Positions 26,074 to 32,000 of a stretch of DNA of 32,000 nucleotides are shown one piece after another (position 1 is the stretch's first letter; each line of letters opens with the position of its first letter). This DNA comes from Nitrososphaera viennensis EN76. GTDB taxonomy: Archaea > Thermoproteota > Nitrososphaeria > Nitrososphaerales > Nitrososphaeraceae. The position numbers and the translations under genes are program-made. The DNA lies in the NCBI RefSeq assembly GCF_000698785.1, contig NZ_CP007536.1:2400001-2432000 (forward strand), written 5' to 3'. The notes below the pieces were generated by a model. That model saw only the letters and a list, made by a program, of their open reading frames with translations, was not told the DNA's origin and did no database searches.

Positions 26074-26697
26074 GTGGAAAAAGAAGAGCCTACAGTCTAT
26101 ACTCCAGACAACGAACCTTATTTGGGCCGCGAGACGGTTTTGGCATTCGACAACGCCATTATCGCATGTTTGAACGCCAACAAGCACATCGCACCATATA
26201 CTCATAAGATTGTGAAATCTGATTTACAGTGGGTGGCTTGCCAAATAATTCCACAAGGTATCAGCATTGCCTTGTCAATTCGCGAATTGGTCAGGCAAGG
26301 GTATCTGTTTGGCGCATCTGTATTGACGCGATCGCTGATCGAGCGTGCAACAATAATGCTGTATCTTTATAAGAATCCAGAAAAAGTCGAGGTTTGGAAG
26401 CGAGGTTGGAAGTACAACGAACGCCCGAAACTGGCGGAGATGTTAAACTCAATTGGAAAAGACAAATTTCCAAATATTGGACGTATGCTTACTCCTGTTT
26501 ACAATAGTTTAACACATGGAGATCCTGAAAGTGCACTTTGGAATTTAGTCCAAACCAGAGACGGTGGTGTAGGATACAGTGTTTCCAAGATTCTCAATAA
26601 CCCTTCATTGTGTGATAAAATCTGCTTTGAAGGTTCCACATGGCTTTTGGTTTTGACATCAATGGCAATTACGATATTTCCAAAAGCAACTGATTAA
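26074..26697 (+). CDS. HEPN-like (AbiV/DUF5677-like) protein with variant motif YNSLTH
   Basis: GTG start. Helical core SIRELVRQGYLFGASVLTRSLIERATIMLYL, and YNSLTH (nt 26500-26517) where HEPN proteins carry R-N-x3-H. The assignment is tentative. Confidence 0.45.
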   Translation: MEKEEPTVYTPDNEPYLGRETVLAFDNAIIACLNANKHIAPYTHKIVKSDLQWVACQIIPQGISIALSIRELVRQGYLFGASVLTRSLIERATIMLYLYKNPEKVEVWKRGWKYNERPKLAEMLNSIGKDKFPNIGRMLTPVYNSLTHGDPESALWNLVQTRDGGVGYSVSKILNNPSLCDKICFEGSTWLLVLTSMAITIFPKATD

Positions 26698-26778
26698 CAA
26701 GATCTGAATATATCAGATATACTTGATTATGACGAATTAGCTTAAAGATATGAATAGAATACCTATGATTAGAACAAC

Positions 26779-27276
26779 ATGAATGACGCTGTGATTTTGG
26801 AGAGGTCAAAACGTTTAGCAAATCATGCCATATGGACAGTGACGCTACAATACAGAAGAATGAGGACTAATGAACCGGAAGACAGTAAATTCATGCTTAG
26901 GTGGTGGGCTGATCTGCAATTTTTCATTTTGAGTCTGCACAGGCTTCGCACTGCAGTAAAAATAGCACTCAATGTTTCAGATATTACAATCTCCACTCGT
27001 ATGGCTGTCGCTATCGAAGAATTCGACAAAGCAATACCTGACCTTAAGAAACTTCGTGACATTGGAGAACACATAGATGCCTATGCTGTTGACAATCCGA
27101 AAAGACATAGACCAGAAGTCAACCGCAGACAGCTCGAAGTTGGTTCATGGAATGGCACCGTTTACGAATGGCTCGGTATCAAGCTAAATGTGGATGAAGC
27201 TAATACTGCTGCGCAAAAACTTTTCAAAACCTTGCTGAGTGCCTACCGAAATTTTGCGCGCCCAGAAATGAAATAA
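26779..27276 (+). CDS. HEPN-domain protein (Rx4H: RDIGEH)
   Basis: ATG about 28 nt downstream of TATA-like CTTAAAGATAT. All-helical. LKKLRDIGEHIDAY (nt 27055-27072) fits the HEPN Rx4-6H RNase motif. Confidence 0.5.
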   Translation: MNDAVILERSKRLANHAIWTVTLQYRRMRTNEPEDSKFMLRWWADLQFFILSLHRLRTAVKIALNVSDITISTRMAVAIEEFDKAIPDLKKLRDIGEHIDAYAVDNPKRHRPEVNRRQLEVGSWNGTVYEWLGIKLNVDEANTAAQKLFKTLLSAYRNFARPEMK

Positions 27277-27401
27277 GGTTAAGATAGATAAACAAGTTAG
27301 CATCTAGATATTTTGCATATAGAATTACTCCCGGTCTAACTGCATCTCCTTGTGCAACAAAAACGAAAGATAATTAATTCCCGCCATACTTAGTTGCATC
27401 T

Positions 27402-28118
27402 TTGATCGATTTTCACTACCCTGACGAAATGGAAGATTCACTTTTTGGCACGCTGCCGCACTGGAGCAAGCTCACGCCAAAGGTGGAAAAAAGCGCCAAT
27501 CAAGTAATGATCCTTGGTCACATGACTACAAAGCACAAACTCGTTGCGGCGGGCGTCAGCAGTAATTTCATGCACCAGTTATACCAAAAGGAGGGATGGT
27601 TTACAGCGACAGACCAATTCTTGATCAGGGTATTCGCAGAAAACATCTTCTTCCATCTTTCCAGTTGCCTTGATGCTCTTGGACACGAGGTCAGCCAGAT
27701 TTTTCAGGTTCAGCTGCCCTTTGAGAGGGTACAGATTGACCATATGAATAATCAAAAGAATTGCTTGCGCTGTCTACTCCAACGAAAGGACGTGGCCTTT
27801 GCTTCTTTCCTTGATTCTGAATTGCCACAGAAGGGCAGTCAACCCGGCCACTGGTACCATGCTTTTACAGAGTATCGGAATCAAGTTGTGCACCGCACTC
27901 TGTACGTAGTCCTTGCCGGGCCTAAAGCAATGGTATTGCCCGACAATCCGACAAACTTGAATCCAAGGGTTTCATTAAAGGACCATACTTCTCCCACGTA
28001 CTATTTTGACCCGGACTATCATGAGCAAAGAGAAATCAGAAAATATACGCTTGACTGCATTTATGAAGTAAGAGATACCGTCGAAAAGATCTATGCCAAG
28101 CTTGACGGCAAGATTTAG
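27402..28118 (+). CDS. HEPN-domain protein (RNx3H: YRNQVVHR), Abi-like
   Basis: TTG start about 25-30 nt downstream of GATAATTAATT. FFHLSSCLDALGHEV helix plus FTEYRNQVVHRTL (nt 27876-27893), the classical R-N-x-x-x-H HEPN motif of AbiD/F-type proteins. Confidence 0.6.
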   Translation: MIDFHYPDEMEDSLFGTLPHWSKLTPKVEKSANQVMILGHMTTKHKLVAAGVSSNFMHQLYQKEGWFTATDQFLIRVFAENIFFHLSSCLDALGHEVSQIFQVQLPFERVQIDHMNNQKNCLRCLLQRKDVAFASFLDSELPQKGSQPGHWYHAFTEYRNQVVHRTLYVVLAGPKAMVLPDNPTNLNPRVSLKDHTSPTYYFDPDYHEQREIRKYTLDCIYEVRDTVEKIYAKLDGKI

Positions 28119-28122
28119 ACTA

Positions 28123-28533
28123 CTATGCAGCCTGACAAGGCCCTCTCCCTAGATCGACAATAACGTTTGCAAAAGTACTATCAAGCTCTGTCTGCACGCA
28201 TTTCTTGCACACTCTTTTGTCCTCTAGCAAGCTTCCGAGAGTAATAGCGCGACGCCCGCTACAGCGCTCACAGTTGGCTTTCACACCGTCTTTTAGCTGC
28301 AGGGCCTTCACTGCCATTGGAATGTCAAGCTTGTAAGCGACAAGAGGATGCAGCGACCTGTTTGTCATAGCGTCATCATATCGTGGGACTTGTGCGAGCT
28401 CTCTGCGACGCACAACATCAATTGCAAACAGCTCCGATATGCGTCCGGAGAAGGCTCTATCTGTAGACATACCAAGAAGCTTATGCCACTCGTCCTCAGT
28501 CTTTTCTGCATATACGGTGGATGTGACAGCCAC
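28123..28533 (-). CDS. Zinc-ribbon protein (C-terminal part of a possibly frameshifted gene)
   Basis: Protein-like frame with GTG at 28533 or ATG at 28470. CERCSGRR ... CKKC. Overlaps 28365..28664 in the -1 frame. Confidence 0.5.
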   Translation of the reverse strand: MAVTSTVYAEKTEDEWHKLLGMSTDRAFSGRISELFAIDVVRRRELAQVPRYDDAMTNRSLHPLVAYKLDIPMAVKALQLKDGVKANCERCSGRRAITLGSLLEDKRVCKKCVQTELDSTFANVIVDLGRGPCQAA

Positions 28534-28664
28534 TTTGCAAGCAACTCCTCATGCTTGTCTCCGATCCTTGTTAGCAGCAGTCCTTGCTTGCTGCCCTTCT
28601 GGTTGCGTGGAAGATCAATACTCCAAGTATGACGGCAATTAGGACAGGTTATGCGGCCCTTCAT
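28365..28664 (-). CDS. Zinc-ribbon N-terminal ORF; only the first 45 codons or so look protein-like
   Basis: ATG at 28664 overlaps the upstream stop (ATGA). MKGRITCPNCRHTWSIDLPRNQKG... After ...HEELLAKW the frame turns into C/S/L-rich sequence, while the -1 frame (28533..28123) looks genuine. Confidence 0.35.
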   Translation of the reverse strand: MKGRITCPNCRHTWSIDLPRNQKGSKQGLLLTRIGDKHEELLAKWLSHPPYMQKRLRTSGISFLVCLQIEPSPDAYRSCLQLMLCVAESSHKSHDMMTL

Positions 28665-29515
28665 TGTCCAGTCCCCTGCCTGATTTTTTCTAGCAACTCC
28701 TTGTTCAATTTCACGTTAACTCCAAATACCCCAGACTCTACTTCATCAACGATAATCAGTATTCCACCGGCCATATCTTCTCTGACGTATTTGTAGTAGG
28801 TTTTGCTTGACCCCAGAGCCTTCCCACTTTCACCGCATCCATAGGGAGCTGCTTCGGCGAGCTTTCTTGGATTCCATGAATGTTGCTGCGCAAAAGGACC
28901 GTTCACAAGGTCACGAACCCACCTGTCATACCTAGGACGCATGATGGCGTGTTTCATCCCTTCCCTGCTTGAGAAGGGCACACTGTTCATCTCATCATCG
29001 AGCGAACCAAGGCCACCGACAACCACTGCCACCCCGCCAAGCGCTCTCTCTCCCTGACGTGGATCAGTCAGCCTGTTTCTGCCTAGCACCGTAGCCAGGT
29101 GTTTTTTGTTGTCGGCGTCGTTGCAAGTTATGCAAGCTACTCGTAGTTGCTGCAGTTCGTTCTGATTGATTATGTAAGTTGGGTGATGGACCTGCAATTC
29201 TCCAATAGACATTCGGCGTTTGCAGAAGATACAGATAGCTTCGCTGCCGTCATAGCCCTGTTCTAGCGAGCGAATTATCTTGAAGTGGTCCTTATGGGGC
29301 TTCTTCAGTCGCTGTGGATTGGTCCATCTGGATTTTAGTTGCTGAAGAAGGTTTTCTCTCCCGGTGCTAGCTAGCACCATCTGGGCCAGCATACTGACCA
29401 CCTTCGGCGCAATATTCATCTTTTCCAACGCTTTCAGGGTTAGGTCGTCAGGCATAGCAACTGGACCCGTACCTGTGTCAATTGTCTGATTCTTGAAATT
29501 GCGTTCTTCGGTCAT
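28661..29515 (-). CDS. HNH endonuclease-domain protein with C-terminal winged-helix-like region
   Basis: ATG at 29515 (MTEERNF) is preferred over the track TTG at 29554. The HNH core at nt 29120-29233 is CIFCKRRMSIGELQVHHPTYIINQNELQQLRVACITCN. The C-terminus (KLAEAAPYGCGESGKALGSSKTYYKYV...GGILIIV) is wHTH-like. Confidence 0.7.
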   Translation of the reverse strand: MTEERNFKNQTIDTGTGPVAMPDDLTLKALEKMNIAPKVVSMLAQMVLASTGRENLLQQLKSRWTNPQRLKKPHKDHFKIIRSLEQGYDGSEAICIFCKRRMSIGELQVHHPTYIINQNELQQLRVACITCNDADNKKHLATVLGRNRLTDPRQGERALGGVAVVVGGLGSLDDEMNSVPFSSREGMKHAIMRPRYDRWVRDLVNGPFAQQHSWNPRKLAEAAPYGCGESGKALGSSKTYYKYVREDMAGGILIIVDEVESGVFGVNVKLNKELLEKIRQGTGQ

Positions 29516-29582
29516 TCGCCCGCACCCCCTGTTACACTTATGACAAGAACACAAGCTTTATGAATAGGGTAGAGAATACTCA

Positions 29583-29804
29583 TTATAGTTCAGCCCTCTG
29601 TTCTGCAGTTGGTTGACTGGAGTCGCTGCCCGCCCTCCCAGAGCTAGGCACGCTCCGACTTTTCTTTTTACCAAATTGCTTATTGCCTTCCAGTTTCCGC
29701 CTCAGGTGCGTTATAACGTCATTGAAACTGTCTCCAGCTTGGCCTTTACTCTTCAACCAAAAGTAGTTTTTCGGCTCGACTACGATATGGTGCATTTTTA
29801 CCAT
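29583..29804 (-). CDS. VapB-type (PF02697-like) putative antitoxin/small DNA-binding protein with basic tail
   Basis: HHIVVEPKNYFWLKSKGQAGDSFNDVITHLRRKL follows the archaeal pattern TItVsdevYe.LkklKg..eSFSdvI..Ll. ATG start. Confidence 0.6.
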   Translation of the reverse strand: MVKMHHIVVEPKNYFWLKSKGQAGDSFNDVITHLRRKLEGNKQFGKKKSRSVPSSGRAGSDSSQPTAEQRAEL

Positions 29805-29827
29805 AATTAATCTGATTGAGTAAGTTG

Positions 29828-29835
29828 AATATAGA
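29828..29835 (-). promoter_or_regulatory. TATA box for the 29804->28123 operon
   Basis: Minus-strand CTCTATATT lies about 24-29 nt upstream of the ATG at 29804. Confidence 0.45.
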
Positions 29836-29922
29836 GATGATGGCGCTTGTCATAAGTTAGGTATAACTGCGTTGTGGTGAACGACAAGCTTAAAAAGTAC
29901 TTTCTATAAGATTCATACATAC

Positions 29923-30228
29923 ATGCGTCTCTTCGGCAAGGAGAAAAGAACTTTCACACTGCAGAGCGGCGTGGTCGTTGATAAATTCGACATCGAGCGA
30001 GATTGCGGATGGTGCGGTGAGCGCCTCCACGAGGGTCACCGCTTTAGCGTATACTGTGAATATGACGAAAGCATGAAAGATTTTCACGCTAAACTCATTC
30101 AGGCGAAAGACATACCAGTCGAGGCCGGCCTCGGCTTGCCCCGGGAAACTAAACTGATTGTTTTTAATTTTCACGGCCGCTGTGCAAACACAATGTACGG
30201 CAGGCAGGTTGCGGCGTCTGAGAAGTAA
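29923..30228 (+). CDS. Orphan Cys/His-rich protein (101 aa)
   Basis: ATG ORF with TTAAAAAG about 27 nt upstream. CGWCGERLHEGH ... HGRC suggests metal binding. More protein-like than the antisense ORF 29890..30267. Confidence 0.45.
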   Translation: MRLFGKEKRTFTLQSGVVVDKFDIERDCGWCGERLHEGHRFSVYCEYDESMKDFHAKLIQAKDIPVEAGLGLPRETKLIVFNFHGRCANTMYGRQVAASEK

Positions 30229-30254
30229 ACTCGTTTCGTTTAGTTTCAGTGCCT

Positions 30255-30893
30255 CTAGTAAAACCACCGCGAAATAATATCGTCATCAGCACGTTGCCGT
30301 CTATTTCCGCTGCTGTGACGGGCGTACGGGTCAAAATTCGATAAGTAGCTGGCGTACGGATTCTCGAAAACGACAGAATCAGGTTCCGGTTCTGCACCGC
30401 GTTGCACTCGGTCGTATTGGACATCTGACTCGTAGCGCCTGCCAGTCGGCCTGCCGCTCCAGTCTAGACGAAAAGCAGGAGGGCTGAAGGCGGCAGCGAA
30501 ATTTGCAATATTTTGCTGTTCGTAATAATCCGCGAAGTCTGACTCTGTTTCGGGAAGTTTAAACCGTTGCCGTCTCTCACGCCGTGACGATCTCCTGCCG
30601 CCGCTCGTGTAATAATCGCCGGCCTCTTGGATTTCTTCTCTGACAGTGCTAGCTACCTCATATGCTGCCTCTTTTGCGCGCACAACCCTTTCACTTGGCT
30701 CGTATCTTGCCGCCTTTTGAATCGCGCCTCGTACGCGCTCGCCGGCGTCGGCTAGTTTTTCCCGGCTCAAACTGCCTCTGACGGAGCCCTTGATTTTATC
30801 AACATCAAAGCGGGTCTTTTTCTCGTTCAAGAACTTTCGTCGCCTCTCTTCGTCTCCAGTTCTTTCACGCTTTATGAAGTCGTCCTTCCTCAA
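30255..30893 (-). CDS. Orphan Arg/Glu-rich protein (212 aa)
   Basis: TTG start 3 nt after the upstream stop, so likely operonic. Charged helical N-terminal half and an aromatic/Pro-rich C-terminal half. GC-rich like the core genome. Confidence 0.55.
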   Translation of the reverse strand: MRKDDFIKRERTGDEERRRKFLNEKKTRFDVDKIKGSVRGSLSREKLADAGERVRGAIQKAARYEPSERVVRAKEAAYEVASTVREEIQEAGDYYTSGGRRSSRRERRQRFKLPETESDFADYYEQQNIANFAAAFSPPAFRLDWSGRPTGRRYESDVQYDRVQRGAEPEPDSVVFENPYASYLSNFDPYARHSSGNRRQRADDDIISRWFY

Positions 30894-30896
30894 GTC

Positions 30897-32000
30897 CTAG
30901 GATCGCCTCTTGCTCCTGCCCTTCTTAGCACCCGGCAAGAAAGCACGCACAAAGTCCCCGTAATCGTCGCGCCCGAATCCGGGCAACTTCTTTGCAGCCT
31001 TTTTGCCATATGCCAGTGTGAGCACGTCAGGTATCTGCCATTCCCGCTCGAAATAATCCGTCCGGTCCATTCTGGAACGTTGCGCATACTTGCCGGGTGT
31101 CTCGACAGTGGGCCAAAATGTAAAGTCCGGCGGTCTGACTATCCTCTCCGGTGTAGGTCTGTTTGGCACATCGAAACGTGGCACAAGCTGTTGCTGAAAT
31201 CTAAAGAGCGGTGTCTGCAATGTAGTTTGGAGATCTTGCTGCCTAATCAAAGTGCCCGTATCTCTACTCACGCCAAAGTTGAACGACTGCTTCAGAAATT
31301 TCTCTGAGACTTCTGTCGGCGTGCGGAGCTGGCCTAAACCTTGTTGGCTGATAATCAGCTCCAGGGTATTCTTGCGCAGGGCCCTATCGAGATCGCTTTC
31401 GCCAGTGAGAGCAATATTACCTATCAAAACTTGCACTGCGCGTTGCCGCTCCCTACCTTTCGTGTTTTGTACGGCAGTCAGCGCGTCAAGCATCCTTTCT
31501 GACGCTTTTCTAGCCTCTCCTCCCACTTGCCCCGGCCTCTCAACGAGTTTTGCAAGTGAATCTTGTACGCGGTTGTTGAAAATCTGATCCATGGTTGGCG
31601 GGCCCCGGCCTCCTGCTTCAGGTCTGACATCGAACGTCAGGCCAAACTGCTGCTCTGTTGCTGTTTCAGCGGCAGCATAGCCAAAACCGCCAAAGGTGTT
31701 AGAAGCTGCCATTGCAGCGCCTCCAAGGAATGTGCCGGCGCTTTTTGCTGCTTGCTTTTCGCGGTCTATGATCTTACGTACAGAGTCAAGCGTCTTTGTA
31801 GCTGTTGGGCCTGCTCCTCCACCTACACCTCCGGATGCGCCGGGCCTAAAGCCAACTTGCTCACCGGTTCCAAGAAATTCTTTGATTCCCTTTTCGGTGG
31901 AAAGCGCCTCTTGAATCTCTTTTACAGTCCAGCCCTCACTTGAGGAAACTCCCTTTTCTACCACCTGGACCTTTACATTCACATCTCCGCGCCCGGGAAT
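30897..32000 (-). CDS. Orphan protein with Gly-rich segment and basic tail; N-terminus probably off-window
   Basis: The frame remains open from the track GTG (31982) to the window edge. Gly-rich GASGGVGGGAGP, a Q-rich central region, and C-terminal KKGRSKRRS. Confidence 0.6.
   Translation of the reverse strand: MPGRGDVNVKVQVVEKGVSSSEGWTVKEIQEALSTEKGIKEFLGTGEQVGFRPGASGGVGGGAGPTATKTLDSVRKIIDREKQAAKSAGTFLGGAAMAASNTFGGFGYAAAETATEQQFGLTFDVRPEAGGRGPPTMDQIFNNRVQDSLAKLVERPGQVGGEARKASERMLDALTAVQNTKGRERQRAVQVLIGNIALTGESDLDRALRKNTLELIISQQGLGQLRTPTEVSEKFLKQSFNFGVSRDTGTLIRQQDLQTTLQTPLFRFQQQLVPRFDVPNRPTPERIVRPPDFTFWPTVETPGKYAQRSRMDRTDYFEREWQIPDVLTLAYGKKAAKKLPGFGRDDYGDFVRAFLPGAKKGRSKRRS

Larger units (their letters stand above)
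13537..29900. mobile_element. Putative integrated element or genomic island (possibly two tandem elements) with tyrosine integrase, R-M, HEPN and HNH modules
   Basis: AT-richer by eye than 1-7.8 kb and 30.2-32 kb. Integrase at 21854-23233. Gene content is orphan or defence-related. A truncated gene fragment lies at the left edge. Borders are approximate; I found no att repeats or tRNA target by eye. Confidence 0.5.

Noticed and set aside
29890-30267. Minus-strand ORF 29890..30267
   Set aside because: It overlaps the more plausible plus-strand ORF 29923..30228, which has an ATG with an upstream TATA and Cys/His motifs. The minus ORF has hydrophobic, low-information composition.
1-32000. Search for CRISPR arrays, rRNA, tRNA, IS terminal inverted repeats and transposases
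   Set aside because: I saw no regularly spaced repeats, no GTTCGAATC/GTTCAAATC-type T-loops in a foldable context, no rRNA-like segments and no transposase-like ORFs by eye. A tRNAscan/Infernal run is still needed to exclude atypical RNAs.

Overview
This looks like an archaeal chromosomal segment. My guess is a Nitrososphaera-type thaumarchaeon. That guess rests only on gene content and on TATA boxes about 25 nt upstream of start codons (leaderless-style genes); no search was run.

Layout:
- 1-7.8 kb: GC-rich core genes. These are an HPP membrane protein, an ArsR regulator flanked by two paralogous helical-repeat proteins, Dps, and a large membrane-embedded spermidine-synthase-like protein.
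- 7.8-14.6 kb: a patchwork of small accessory and stress genes. These are a C1q/BclA-like secreted protein, a TrmB-C/PLD-like protein, DUF4242, DUF2795, a PNPOx-like protein, Rieske, GNAT, a PhnB-like VOC protein and an SRPBCC protein. The patch ends next to a truncated glyoxalase gene fragment.
- About 14.7-29.9 kb: a visibly AT-richer island. It carries a full-length tyrosine integrase (21854-23233), a type II R-M pair (PD-(D/E)xK candidate plus an SPPY beta-class methyltransferase), three consecutive divergent HEPN-like genes, two unrelated HNH-nuclease modules, two membrane-anchored beta-sandwich proteins and many orphan ORFs.
- 30.2-32 kb: a GC-rich two-gene orphan operon that runs off the window.

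I found no rRNA, tRNA or CRISPR array.

Best candidates for an undescribed system:
1. The divergent six-gene cluster at 15025-19950, built around a 447-aa HNH protein and two membrane proteins.
2. The HEPN trio at 26074-28118, next to the R-M pair.
3. The operon at 28123-29804 encoding a VapB-like protein, an HNH-wHTH protein and a split zinc-ribbon protein.

Many track ORFs start at TTG or GTG (the track prints M for them). All family assignments come from motifs read by eye and need HMM or structure confirmation.
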